A DNA stretch of 64,000 bases from the human T2T-CHM13v2.0 reference genome, Homo sapiens. The DNA lies in the NCBI RefSeq assembly GCF_009914755.1, contig NC_060928.1. One strand, given 5' to 3'. Below the pieces are notes generated by a model, which saw only the letters and a list, made by a program, of their open reading frames with translations, had not been told where the DNA came from and made no database searches. The position numbers and the translations under genes are program-made. Of this stretch, positions 44,801 through 63,339 are shown in pieces. Positions within the stretch are counted from its first letter, which is position 1, and the number at the start of each line of letters is the position of its first letter.

Positions 44801-45710
44801 AGAAATGCAAATCAAAACTACAATGAGATCATCTCACCCCAACAAATATGGCTTATATTCAAAAGACAGGCAATAACAAATTCTGGTGAGGTTGTGGAAA
44901 AAAAACAAGAACCCTCGTACACTGTTGGTGGGAATGTAAAATTAGTACAACCACTAAGGAGAACAGTTTGGAGGTTCCTCAAAAACACTAAAAAATGAGC
45001 TATCACATGATCCAGCAATCCCACTGCTGGGTATATGCTCAAAAGAAAGGAGATCCGTATATCAAAGAGATATCTGCACTCCCATGTTTGTTGCAGCTCT
45101 GTTCACAATAGCCAAGATTTGGAAGCAACTTAAGTATCTATCAACAGTTGAATGGATAAAGAACATATGGTACTTATACACAATGGAGTACTATTCATCC
45201 ATAAAAAAATGAGATCCTGTTATTTGCAACAACGTGGATGCAGCTGGAGATCATTATGTTAAATGAAATAAGCCAGGGACAGAAACACAAACATCACATG
45301 TTTTCACTTATTTGTGGTATCTAAAAATCAAAACAATTGAACCCACGGACATAGAGAGTAGAAGGATGATTACCAGAGGCTAAGAAGAGTAGTGGAGGAC
45401 TGGAGGGAAGGTGAGGATGATTAATGGGTACCAAAAAAAATAGAAAGAATAAATAAGACCTGCTGTTTGATAGCACAACAGGGTGACTATAGTCAAAAAT
45501 AATTATACATTTTCAAATAACTAAACTAGTATAATTGGATTGTTTGTAACACCAAAGACAAATGCTTGAGGGGATGGATACCCCATTCTCCATGATGTAA
45601 TTATTATGCATTGCATGCCTGTTTCAAAACATCTCATGTACCCTATTAATATATATATATCTACTATGTAGCCACAAAAAATTAAAAGAATAGAAATATA
45701 AAACAAAAAA
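38871..45710 (+). mobile_element. Near full-length, disabled L1MA1/L1MA2-like element
   Basis: About 1.8-kb 5'UTR, ORF1 remnant from ATG 40687 to ~41610, ORF2 remnant from ATG 42113 (LFADD RT motif near 44200), an internal deletion at ~44672-44721, and an L1MA1/2-type 3'UTR (aaatgcttgaggggatggataccccattctccatgatg). Confidence 0.92.
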
Positions 45711-45789
45711 GAAGTATGGCTTATACAGTTTGATAAGTTAAATTAGGCCAAATTTTAAAGGATTTAAGTGGCAGCCAATATGTAAAAGT

Positions 45790-46528
45790 CATGTTTCCCA
45801 AAGTATGCTTCATGCAAAACTAGTCCCCTAGGATGAGCCTTTTAAAAATGTTCTGCAGTCAAATGTGAAAGAGGGAAAAAAAAAAAACTTTTCATCTGAC
45901 GAATGTAAGCCCCTTAAAATTATCAGGCCAACAGAAGCATTTAAAATGTGACAGCAGTCACATCTCACTTCACCTCGAGCTAAATATTACCTCTCGTAGT
46001 CACTGGCTGTGTTGGCTCTTGACTGACTGACACCAAGTAGCCATAAAAATTCCACAGGCTAGACACCATAACTCATAACCTATAGTTCAGTGATGTACAG
46101 CCAATCACTACCAATGTTGTTTCTGTTAACTGATGAGAATTCCTGTCAAACAACTTGTATTGGCCCACTTTTTGCTCCCTTTGCCCTTGAAAACCTGCTT
46201 GTAACAAAAGCTAATGGAGCATTCTCCAAGGCAACATAAAAGTATGTCCTGGGAAGCTTTCCTAACTTTGGCTCAAGTAAACTCTAAATTATATTTTGTA
46301 CCTCAGCTTCTTTCTTTTAGGATGACAAATGTATTTGAGAAATGCTTCATATTAATTCCCCTTCTCTAAAATACATAACATTTTCAAGGTTATATAGTAA
46401 AGAGACTTTTAAAAATTCTTTATGTAGTCAGATATTTCCTAAAAGTTCTTTATTGTGGAGCATGTTTCTGGTAATTCTTAACACCCCTAGAATCTTGTGT
46501 TCTACAGAAGACACTCGGAAAAATGCTG
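45790..46528. mobile_element. hAT-Charlie MITE interrupted by an LTR
   Basis: Ends catgtttcccaaa ... cactcggaaaaatgctg resemble Charlie TIRs (CAGTGTTTCCCAAA). Confidence 0.55.
45866..46327 (+). mobile_element. ERV1 solo LTR (MER72-like)
   Basis: TG...CA termini, CCAAT boxes, agtaaa signal, and 4-bp TSD aatg at 45862-45865 and 46328-46331. Confidence 0.8.
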
Positions 46529-46594
46529 CTCTACATATGACAACAATGACAATACTTTCTAATGTTCTATGTTTGGAGGTCAGGAACAATCCTA

Positions 46595-46780
46595 AAAATT
46601 TAATATATATGATCTCATTTCATCATCACATCAACTTCATGAGTTAGACTCTATGATTAGCCCAATTTTATAAGGTAACTGATCCTCAGACAGATGCAGT
46701 AACTTGCCCATGATCCATGTGCTAGTAAACAATGGAACTGAGGTTTATACCCAAGCCTTCTAGTTCCAGAGCCTGCATAT
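46595..46780 (-). mobile_element. MIR SINE
   Basis: cccaattttataaggtaactgatcctcagacagatgcagtaacttgccca...gaggtttatacccaagcc. Confidence 0.7.
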
Positions 46781-46974
46781 ACTCTTGAATATTTGGTATG
46801 GAACGTCATTAAAGCTTTCTGAGACATAGATCGTGTTCAAGAAAAAAATCCTTCCATAATCTTGATTTTGTCTATTTCCCTTCCTATATCATGTTATGTG
46901 CCATCATAAGGACAATTCCCATGTAATATATTATATAATGGGAAATTTAATATTTCCACCATATGCATATTACA

Positions 46975-48255
46975 ACATTTGTAATTGTCCCACAGTTCTT
47001 ACTCTGCTCCTTTTTCATTTATTCTTTTTTCTCTTTGAGAGAAGGTTGGAAGTTTCTATTGACATTTATTCAACCTCATTGAGCCTTTCTTTGACCATCT
47101 TCAGCCTACTAATAAGCATGTCAAAGGCATTCTTCATTTCTCACATTTCCTTTGATTTCCAATCTGATAATTCAAAAATTTCTGGTACAGTTGAGTCTGA
47201 TTCTGATGTTTGTCTCGTCTCTTCAGAGTGTGCTTTTCGCCTTCTAGAATGCCTCATTTTTTTTAAAGCTGGACAGTTGCATGAAAAGGAACTGGGGTAA
47301 ATACACCTTTAGTGTGGAGTTTTATGTTTATCTGGCTAGAAGTTTATCTGTGTCTATATTTGCTTCTCTTATAGGTGTCAACATTTTTGCTAGTGTTTTT
47401 GTTTTTTCTCCTCAGTCATCTCTGGGTTTCCCTACAGACTATTTCTTAAATAGGGTCTGAGATGTGCAGTTCTTTGAGTTATAATTTTCTGTTATTGTAT
47501 AAGGGCCCTATTGATGTGGTGGTAAGATGAGAGAGGAAATGTTCTATAATCTTCTGAGGGTCTCAGTCTTTTAATGAGCCTCTGCCCTTGGGTTGTGATC
47601 TTCAAAAGTGCTTCTTAGCTTCTCCCTCCTCCCCTTAGGTGATACAAGATGGCTGGAGGGGGCTGGCACTAGATATTTTCCTTCCCCACATGGAAGGCTA
47701 TAGGAGGCTGGAGTTGAGTATTTCCCTTTCCTCAAGTTGGTTAGGCTTTTGTAAAACCCAAGGAGATTTGGCTCTGGTAAGATAGTTTTCCTTGAGGGCA
47801 GGTCATTATTAAGGAGAAGAGAGCACTGTGGGCTTATTTCAAAACAGTTACTTTCTCCCTCACCCTGACAGAAGCACAAGAGGATTTTTCTTTAATCTTC
47901 ACCATGACAACCTAGTAGAGCTCCTGGACACAAAATTTACAAAGTATGGGGGCCTTCCTTAAGCTAGGACCCTGGGAATTTTTATTTCTCAAGAAAGTCC
48001 ACACTCAGTCTTCAGTAGTCAATTACCCTTTAAGTGTCCCTTCCAGGTTCTAGCAGCAGTTTCCACTGCCAATGAGCTGTGATTCTCTGTATCTGCCTGT
48101 CTCTCCAGTTTACAGAGTGACAGACTGCCCTGTGACCTCAACTGTCTAAAGAATCTAAGAAGAGTTGTTGACTTTCAGTTTGTTCAGCTTTTTTCTTGTT
48201 GTGAAGACAGAAGTGTTGACTTCCAAGCTGACATGTCAGACCAGAAACTGGAAGT
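46975..48255 (-). mobile_element. Old L1M 5'UTR/ORF1 segment, antisense
   Basis: Ends in cagaccagaaactggaagt (reverse complement of an L1M 5' terminus). ORF1-like ctactaataagcatgtcaaaggcattcttcatttct. Confidence 0.75.
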
Positions 48256-49904
48256 TTTGCCTATTTAATTTTTGCCCTGTATGTTTATCCCTTTTTTAGA
48301 AAAGAAGTATTGTTATTAATAGTTGCATTAAAATAATCCAGATGGGCTTGGTAGACCTCCACTTTTTAATTCTAACTTCTATCGTGGTCTTTTCTAGTAA
48401 CATGTGAGATAAACAGTTGTGCAGTGGGCAGATTTCTCACTTTAATACATGATTAAATTTGAAAGATATTTAGTGTATTTCCCTCTTTTCCACGGACACT
48501 TTCTGGATACAGTATAAGTAGCACATCCCTTTCAAGAATAGCATCTAGGGCATTTACTAGTAAAATGAAGTGCACGAAGTAGGATGCAACCTGCTGGGAA
48601 CATATAACTGCCTCTAATCTTGAATGATGATGGGAGAAGTATTCACATTGCTGCCCTGTTGGCCACTTAAAGGAAAAGCCAGTTGTGAAGTGTTCTATCC
48701 TTAGGTTTGTACCATTCATAAAGCTGTCAAGCCACCAGTAATGAGCAGTAAGAAATATGAGAAATTATAGGCTAGAGTTGCATGAATATGTGTAAGAAAT
48801 TTTAATCTGCTCTTGAGCATATAGAGAATAGTATGAGTACTCTTGCTATGTAGTTTTTAAATTTTATTCTATACTGTATATCTACAGTGATTCATTCATT
48901 TTATTTCTTGGAAATGCTTTTCTGTTTGTTTTTAAATAAATCCTTTATTGGGAAATTAGCTCAAAAAGGTACATGTTAAATAAAAAATGAGCAATGAATT
49001 TTCTTTTCTCTAGAGAGTTCATAATAAATGTGTAACTGACACAAAGTGTTTTTCGACATTTTCCATCCTTTGGGATGGTCATTTCTAGCCACATGAAACC
49101 AAGAGGAACAAACATCCTGAAGAAATATCAGCATCTGTTTTAAAATTATCTTAAAATTTAACATGTAGCTGCAGAAGATATTTTTATGTGTCACTCTGTG
49201 AAACATGACCTTTCATTTAGATCAGATAAGGCTTTTAAAACAACTTTGTATATTTTTAATTCTAAATTTTTTCATTACACAAATAAAAAGTGAAGTAATA
49301 GCTGTTGAAATGTTGGCTCCATTAGCATAAAAAGAATTTGCAAATGGTTAAATATTTCCAATTTCATATCAATGTCATCAGTTGCTTTGAAGGAAAAAAA
49401 CAGTTAATTCCAATAGTGTTTGATTTTTATTTTTCATCTAATTCTTGGACTGAAATTAAAGCTTCTGGGTCTTTAGTCTGTCAAAATTAAACATCAGATA
49501 GTATTGTGAATATGCATGTAACATCAGCTTAAAAATTCAATGTTGAAGATTAAATTATTTGTTTTTTGATGTTAATATGAATTTTGGTAGTGCACAATGA
49601 CAAGTTACGATGGCTTTGCTAAATTAATAAAGCTTGGAGAAATATAATTGGAGTTGGTTTTGGTACACACATAATATATACATTCACATCCAAAATGAGC
49701 TATGATATTCTGCCAAATGAAATAGAAACTTTGATTGTCAAAATATGCAAAGAATTATATATAGAAATATTAAATATATTAATTTAAAAGAATTTTTGTA
49801 AAAAGCTGTTAATTTTTATGTACATGCTTTAGCATGGTATTATGTGTTTTCTTTCTTTGCAGCTCAAATGGATTATTTTTCCAGGATATTATTTATTTAA
49901 TTTA

Positions 49905-50238
49905 GTTTAGTTATTTTTTAAGGAGGTATATCGGTCACCTCAAAGATTTATCTTATTTTACGTGTCAAGAACATTACACTTATTCTATTTTGGCTAATTT
50001 GAAATATACAATAACTTGTTGCTAACTCTAATTTCTCTACTGTATTATCAAATACCAGAACTTATTTCTCCTATGTAACTGTATTTTTGTACCCATTAAC
50101 CAATCTCCCTTCATCCTTCTTCCCTTCTTCTCTTTCCAGTCTTTGGTAACCAGCATTCTGCTGTCTACCTTCATGAGATACATTTGTTTTAGCCCCTACA
50201 TATGAGTAGGAACAGGTGATATTTGTCTTTCTATGCCT
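49905..50238 (-). mobile_element. L1MA 3' fragment, antisense
   Basis: tgtaactgtatttttgtacccattaaccaatctcccttc...ctttggtaaccagcattctg. Confidence 0.85.
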
Positions 50239-50510
50239 AGAAATTGAGAAATGGTAATGAACTTTTATAAGTAAGTCCCTGGTTACATTTTATTAAATAA
50301 TAGCTGGAAATTTTTAATAAAAGTCATCAGTAAATAAAGGATCAAAAATCTTATGACCTTGAAGCTTTTCACAAATTGCAATTTTTGAAAACAAGCTTGT
50401 AAACAGAAAAATCTATACATGTATCACAGCAAAAGCAAAGGAAGGATAAACAAATCAAACTATGAGAGCTTAAAAAACATACATGATTTAATTTTGAAAA
50501 TGTATATTTG

Positions 50511-52339
50511 ACACTGACAGTGATCGATCTTACAAAAAAATCAAGAAAACAATCCCATTTACAATAGCTACAAAACAGGAATAAATTAAATCAAAGAGGT
50601 GAAAAATCTCTAAAAGAAAACCTACAAAACACTGATAAAATAAATTGAAGAGGACACAAAAAAATGGAAATATATTTCACACTCATGGACTAGAAGAATG
50701 AATATTATTAAAATCTCTATACTATCCAAAACAATCTACATATCCAACACAATCCCTATCAAAATACCAAAGACATTCTTACAGAAATAGAAAAAAAATC
50801 CTAAAACTCATAGGGAATCATGAAAGACCCCAAATAGCTAGAGCAATCCTAAGCAAAAAAAGCAAGGCTAGAAATATCACACTACCTAATTTCAAATTAT
50901 TCTAAAAAAGCTACGGTAATCAAAACACCATGGTACTGACATAAAACTCCAAGAACATACACTGGGGGAAGGGATAGACTCTTTTTAAATAAATTGTGCT
51001 GGGAAAACTAGATATCCATATGTAGAAGAATTAAGCTAGATACTCATCTTTTGCCATATATAAAAATCAACTGAAAATGGATTAAAGACTTAAATGTAAG
51101 AACTGAAACTAGAAACTATGAGAAGATATTGAGGAAATGCTACAGGACATCAGTCTGGGCAAAGTTTTTTTTGGAAGGTAAGATCTCAAAAGCACAGGCA
51201 ATCACAGCAAAAATAGACAAAAGAGATTACATCAAGCTAAAAGGTTTCTGCACGCAAAGGAAACAATCAACAAAGTGAAGAGACAACCCATAGAATGGGA
51301 GAAAATATTTGCAAACTACCCATCTGACAAGGAATTAATAGCCAGAATATATAAGGGAAAAAAAATTAATAGCAAAAAGAACAAATAATCCAATTTTAAA
51401 AGTGGTCAAAAGACCTGAATAGACACATCTTAAAAGATGACACACAAATGGCCAACAGGTATATGAAAAAATGTTCAGCATCACTAATCACCAGGAAGAT
51501 GCATGTCAAAACCACCTCACCCCAGTTAGAATACTATTATTAAAAAGACAAAAAATAACAAACGCTGGTGATGACGTGGAGAAAAGCTACCACTTTTACA
51601 CTATCAATAGGAAAGTAAATTAGTATAGTCACTGTGAAGAATGGTATGGAAGTTTCTCAAAAAACTAAAAATAGAACTACCATATGATCCAGCAATTCCA
51701 CTGCTGAGCATATTTCCAAAAGAAAGGAAATTGGTATATTTAAGAGATATCTGCAAGCCTATGTTCATTGCACCACTATTCACAATGGCAAGATATGGAA
51801 TCAACCTAAGTGCTCATCAGTGGATAAAAGGATAAAATGTAGTATAGATGCACAATGCAATATTATTCATCCATAAAAATAATGAAATCCTGTCATTTGC
51901 AGCAACGTGGATGGAAATGGAGGTCATTATGTTAAGTGAAATAAGCCAGTCAGAAAGACAAATATTGCATGTTCTCACTCATATGAGGGAGCTAAAAGTG
52001 TGTCTCATGGAGATAGAGAATAGAATAGTGGTTACTAGAAGAGACAGAAGGGATGAAGAAAAGTTGGCTAATGAGTACAAAAATACAGTTACATAGCAAT
52101 AAGTTCTAATATTTGATAGTGCAGTAAAGAAATTATAGTTAATAATTTATCATAATTTATCATAGTTTTCAAAATATCTAGAAGAGAATAATTATAATGT
52201 TCTTAACACAAAAAGGTAGATGTTTGAGGTGTTGGATATCTCAATTACCTTGATTTGATCATTACACATTGTATACGTGTATCAAAATACCACATGTATC
52301 CCCAAAATATGTACAATGTATCATAAAAAATCAAATAAA
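50511..52339 (+). mobile_element. L1MA 3' portion (ORF2 C-terminus plus 3'UTR)
   Basis: Typical L1 3' sequence. 15-bp TSD gaaaatgtatatttg (50496-50510) / gaaaatctatatttg (52340-52354). Confidence 0.9.
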
Positions 52340-52740
52340 GAAAATCTATATTTGTGCTTCAAGTTTCTCAACTTGGGAGAGGAATCTTGATGAAGTGCTT
52401 ATTTTTAAGTTGATAAATATATATCCTCTATCAGAATGTAATGAAATTTAGAAGGGTATGACTGTAGTATCTAAGTTTTGTGAAATATTCATAGAAATTA
52501 TAAATAGAAACAAATTTGATGAGTTGTCTTGTAAGATAATTTTTTGAAGAAAGTTACTCTAAATGGAAGTAAAAAGGTAGCAAACACTTTTGAAGATGTT
52601 TGGTTTGGAATATTTACACATTTTAATATTTTGAAAAAATAAGAACTAAGGATATCCTTCATTTAATATTTGTCCTGAACTTACCAGGCACCTCAGCACC
52701 TGCAGAGAGTGTTTTCTCAGTTAAAAATAGTGTGGTCTTA

Positions 52741-52935
<195 letters not shown>

Positions 52936-53736
52936 TCAGACAAATACTGGTGTCACTATAATAAAAACAGATAGGCTAAGAACAATCTTACAGTATACAA
53001 ATACTTCCCAAAAATGGCTATTCCGCTTATAGTCATTTTTTTGATAGTCAGATAACCAAGTGGGTTTTTTGTTTGTTTAGCTTTAATGTATACGGACATA
53101 TTTATTTTAATTGACTTAAAGATTTTTATTTTTGAAAATAGTATTTGAATAGGAGTATTTTATAGTTTGAGACCAGAAAATAATTGAATTGCCAATAAAA
53201 TAAGAAATCTTACCCAGTATCAAACTTTAGTAATTTCAAAACATAAAAGTAAGCTTGATACACAGGCAACACCTAAAGAAGTCTGAGGGCAACAATACAA
53301 CTCCTCGACTGATCCTTGCCACATTAGGATGTGCTCTGGTCCACATCTAACTCATGTAATCACCAAATGATGCATGAGAGGCATTACTTACGGAGTGGGA
53401 GCTATTTTGATCATAAAGCATCTCCATTTCATATTCTGATAATTACCTAAAACTGACATTGACAATTTCAAACAGGATATGCACCAGAAATCTTTCAATC
53501 CTATTGTTTACCATAAGCAACCCAGATAGATCAGATATTTTCTGCTGAAAATATTCCACAGACAAGTACTCTCAGTTATCTCTTTTCCTTAATAAATACC
53601 GAGTGTCTGATTAGCACATTTCCAGGTTTCTTTCCTCTCTCTCTCTCTGTAGATATACAGATATATATCTTATCTCCAACTCCTCCCTCGGTCATAGATC
53701 AGCTGCTTTTTCCTCCCCACAGGTATTACAATGTTA

Positions 53737-54390
<654 letters not shown>

Positions 54391-56098
54391 CAAAACATAT
54401 AATTTTAATTATTTTGAACATCACCTTTCACTCTCAAAACCGTCTGGATTTGGATTGGGTGATAAATCATGTGATCACCCTAGCTATTATATTTGAATTT
54501 ATATAACCCGCCAAACTTTGCCAAGTTTGTATGAATGATATTTCATTCCTCCTATGTAACATATCTGCCAATTAAACACTCGAAGTAGTAGGTGGTGCCT
54601 GAACCCTGCTATAGCTGTCAGTTTCCCATTGGTGTGATTAACCAAGATTGGTTAGATTTCTTAGCTTGCTTTTCTACTCATAGATACTGTTCTATAAGAA
54701 GAACAAGCCTAAAAATTTCTAAAATAAGTGGATTATATTTCAAAGTCTTTACAATTTAGAGCAAGCCTTTAAAAAGAGGCACCTGCTTGAACTGAAATAT
54801 CTTTCAAGTCTACCAAGGACACAACTACATTGCATTATCCCTGCCATGTACCAAAAGCACATGAAAAAAATTCATCTTTGATAGAAATCTGGTGATTTCT
54901 TTCCATCAACAGAGTTTCCAAATTATTTAACTGAGTAATTCTGGGCTTTTCTCCTTGCTTTGGATAATAATTAATCCATAACCATGTTTAATGAATAACA
55001 TATACATAGTACTGTATGTTTGTGGCATCATTCTAATACAGCTTATCTACATTCTTTTTCCCAAAATATCAAGATATATATTAAAACAAAAAACAAATTC
55101 AAAAAAGAAATACAAAACCATTTCAGCACAGTACCCAACAATATTAACGTAAAAGCTTTTATGATAGTGAATGGACTGATCCACAATATGTCAAAGTTTA
55201 TCTTTGGCATTTCCCTGCTTCTCTTTCTCTTTTCCTCTCTTAGCTCCTGTCTCCTCTGCCCCACTCCCAGGTATCCAGGGTCCTCATTCTGCCTTTTGGA
55301 TGACAATAGTGAACCCACTTCAGTGCTCTCAGCTCAGGCTTGCCTTATACTGAACAATCCCGAGGACTAAATTATTTCCTTTTTCTCTCTTCCTGGGCTC
55401 CATCAAAATGTCCATAACTACAGAAAAGCAATTTAATTAAACTAAGCCACACTGGACTGTGAATAATTGATTAACAGACTACTTAACCCTCCCTGGGATA
55501 TTTTTCTTTTAAAAGAGGACACTGTAATCTGAGTGACTCTGTAACATGCAGAATTTCAAACAGTTCAAAAAAGTAAAGAGAAATATATAGGCTTCATTCA
55601 GGGAGATATGTTTTGATAGAAGGGCCTTCTAAGAGTTCCTTAAATTATCCATGTTGGTGGCCACATACTCAGCCTCCATTCCTAACTAGGAGAATAAAGC
55701 ATTGACTGAAATGCCCTTTTCCAGTTTTATAAGTGAGCAGCAAAGTACTCTCAAAGGAAGGCATTTGACTTTGAAACAGACTTCAGAAGTCAAAGTATGG
55801 TTTATTACTCCTTTGGGTGAACTGAGAAATACAAATGCTTCTTTTAATTTGGAGCCATATTCCTAAGAGTCATCCTTAAACACCAAATATCACTATGACA
55901 AAGGGCAAATCCTTTGTTGTGGAAGTGACCCTTTTTAGATTAGTTACATGTTTTTTAACTTTTAATTGGAGGATGGGAATGAGCACCAGAAATATATGAT
56001 ATAGCTCTGTATATTGTGAAGATGCAAATAACAATATACTGGAAAAGAAACCTCATGCTAAATTTCTTCCTTTCATTTTATCCATTCTACCTTCTAGA

Positions 56099-56145
<47 letters not shown>

Positions 56146-56170
56146 CACACACACACACACACACACACAC
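56099..56170. repeat. Compound (TC)n(AC)n microsatellite
   Basis: About 12 TC units followed by about 24 AC units with one interruption. Confidence 0.95.
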
Positions 56171-59100
56171 TATCCTTTGAGGATAGTAAAATCCACTATT
56201 CCTCAAACAGTATTTACAGAGTATTCTCTTAAAATTTAGCTATTATCTAAAATTTTGGAATAACATTCATAATTACAATGCTATCATATCATTATTGTTA
56301 ATAAATTAGGTTTGACGTGATTAGGACTACCTTTTTGCTTTGATTGACAGTGTACTTTATTTCTGCCCTTATACCAGGTATAAAATGCAAAGAGAAGGAA
56401 CTACTTACTCTCGGCCTTCAGTTTCACTGACATAAATTGAAGCTGAACCTCTGCTCTGGCTAATTGTGTATTTTGCCCTCCCCTACACCCAGGTGACAAT
56501 GCAGACCTCTCTGGTCATGATAAAAGCCTCTAGCATTTTACTTTGTTGTAATAGTTTTAAAAATCAACAACTTAATCCTGGTTATCAGTCAGCTACATTA
56601 ATATCTCAGAGTTAATGAGCATCTTTTTGCAGAAATGTCAGGCTATATTTAAACCTCGGTGAACTTTTTCATTGCATTAAAATATTACATTTTGTCTTAA
56701 TATTCAAAATTCACATGATGGGGCTGGATTAAGGGTTACTTCACAAAAAAAGCATTCTTAGTCCTGGCATCCCCCAAACAAGAAAATTTTTATTATTTTT
56801 TTCTTTCCACTCAAAAAATAAATCCTTCTCAGCTAAGTAAATTTTCTACACCAGACCCTGCTGTACTATTAGCTTCAGATCTATCGTCTGAAAGAGGTTG
56901 TCAGTTTCCCACTCAAAGGTACATCTTGAATAGGGTGTTCTAGGGTAATATAAAATATTGAACAAATGTATCTAATGCATCTTTTTTTTAAAAGACATGA
57001 ACCCACAAGAATGGGAAGAACAGGACAGGAGACAATGGCAATGAAATTTTTAAAGCTGAGAAGCAGGTGGACAAGAAGTAATTGAAGTACTACACCCAAG
57101 AAAGCTCAATCTTAAGTCAGTGACAGGAAAAGCCAAGAATTAACTAGTTACACAACAGATACCCCCAAATGCTCAGCAACTAGCAGTACCAATTTCTCTA
57201 AAACTGGGAATTAAAAATGGGTAGGCAGATAGAAACCTAAAATAAGGAGACTGGATAAAAGCTATCTGAGAAGTAATTAGATACCTATATGTCTTCCCCT
57301 ACTCCACTTTAGTTACTTAAGTTACTAGAATCTTGTTTGAATCTAAGCATCTTTATATTGAGCTAGAACAAACTGATTCATCTCCAGATAAGGAATACCT
57401 TTAAAGAATTCATTTATTGGCTAGTCCTCAATAATATCCCCCTCTCTTCAGAAAAATAGAGACCAACAGGTGCCAAAATTATTATTCCAGAGTCCTTAGC
57501 ACAGAGTGCCACTTGGATTTTCTCACAAGCTGATAAAGTGCAAAACCTGCTCTGACCCATTTAGAACTCCAAAGCTTCATTACAAACCTCCCAATAATTG
57601 AACAACTGCAATTCATTATGAGCATGCTGTAATCCAGGGCTTCATGAAGAAAGTATCTGAATGATAGGAAGCAGTTGAAACAAATCTTCTGAATTCCTTT
57701 ACATTTCTAAAAGTAAACAGGAGACTCTCTGGATATGGTTAAGATACAGAAAATCAGATGGAGCCTAGGTCCTGAGTTCTTTAATATTCATTGCAATAAA
57801 AACTTTGGCACACTACCTAAACTTCTAAAATACAGAGAATTATGTTTTAAAACTGCAAGACCTTCCAAGAGGAAATATTGAAGTACAAATGTCTATCAAA
57901 TACTGGTCAAATAATTTCACTCTAAATGATAATTCATGTTGATAGTTCCATATTAAAAATCATGTTACAAGCCTGTAACTTCCTCCCCTTGAAAACATAT
58001 AATTAGTCATGCTACATTGGAATCAGCTTTAGAAAATGATCTCTTACCACCAGAATTATTTTCACAGTCCATTCTGAAAGAACAACCCAGTCTTTATCAA
58101 GCTAATTATCTTAAGTATACAGGGTAATTACTTCAAGATGCTCAAGGTGATATCTTTATACTTAATCATTCCAAAAAAAATAGACTGTAAATATTATTAG
58201 TATGTTTTTAGAACTCTATAACAGATTTTTTTCATAACAAATGACAAATATCAATCAGGTATCCAGAATAGCTATTCTAAAACCACTATTCACCTCTGTT
58301 CCATCCCACTTAGGGACAGTTAAGATTAATTAACAGTTAAGATTAATTTCTCTGAATAATTTCTTTGACCTATCTCTTGGATCTATTATTAGCATTTGAC
58401 CCAATGGGCAGAGACCATCAAGAGTAAAAAATGTATAATACTGATGGTTCTGTATATGACCACTCTGGAGTATGAATCATATACAGTTAAAAGCTAGGAT
58501 TTTTCTCATGCCACATTCAGTCTTCCAATTCAGTCTTTAAAGAGATTAAATATGTCTGTGTTCAAGAGCACTCTAAAAATCTATATGTAAAAGACATTTA
58601 GTAATGGCGTTGATTTACAAAAATAAAGCAATAGTAGAGTATCCTACTCTTTGAAAATGCATGATTTTATTTTCTCTTTGTAAGAGGCTTCTCAAATAAG
58701 TGGTGGTCTCTGTTGACAATAGTCATAACAGCTCAGTATTAACATTAAATATATTTAATTTGGCAAAATCATTTAGCCTTTAAAAGGAAAATTTTAAGTA
58801 GCCCAAATAAGCAAACCAACTCACGAAGCTACATGGGGGGTATAGTTTATAACTGAAGGCACATGAGGATGCAATGCCGCTTAAAATCAGACACTGACCA
58901 AGGGGCCTGAATTGTTATATACAGACAACGTGGTATATTAGTAACTTCTACCTTAAAGTTTTTCATTCCAAGGTCATTTGTTCTTCTTCCTAGAAGGCAC
59001 AGGAGAGTTCATTGAAAATATGCTCACAGCTTGTAAAACAAAAAACATTGTCAACCATATATCTTATCATCTAAGCAAAAAAATTTATAAACATAATTTT

Positions 59101-59697
59101 ATCAAATCCTAAGAAAACTTATTTCTTTGAACAAATTCCATGAGAAAAAAAAATGTGCCTTGCAGAAAGTGTGTAAAGCTTTTTATAAGAAACAGATAAT
59201 TAATACTACTTAAGCCAATTGATAGTATTTAATTACTTACCTTTCTGCCTTAGTTCCAACAAAACTTCTAGAAACAAATTCACTGCCCCAAAATCATAAT
59301 AATCTCAGTTGCTTCACAGCATAGAAACCTTGTATTCTTCCTTTATTATTTATCTTTAATTATCCAGCTTTATATTTCTTTAAATTTTTAAGACCAATTC
59401 AAAATAGGTAATGAATATTTCAAATAGATTCCTAAATCCTGCCAATCTTCTGATTGCTTCTTCTCACATATGCCTGTCTTCTTTGGGCATCAGAAGAATT
59501 CTAGAATCAGAATACTTATTTGTGATGTATTAGATAATTGGCTATTATTATCATCCTGCCTATGTCAGGGGGAGCTCTCTATTCCAAACAGTATAGGTAC
59601 AGACTAAGCTCCTTCGTGAAGAACACCAAATCTGACAACAGAAAATAATAAGATGCCTCATAGGAGAAAGACTCTACTTTTAACATGTAAGATTTAA

Positions 59698-63339
<3,642 letters not shown>

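Noticed and set aside
46896-47879. 134-aa and 102-aa ORFs
   Set aside because: They lie within an old antisense L1 segment and have no recognisable domain.
58316-58348. Short tandem duplications (also ~16382, ~35456, ~52142) and an 8-bp hairpin at 41169-41187
   Set aside because: Common slippage-scale events; not arrays and not CRISPR-like (no repeat-spacer periodicity).
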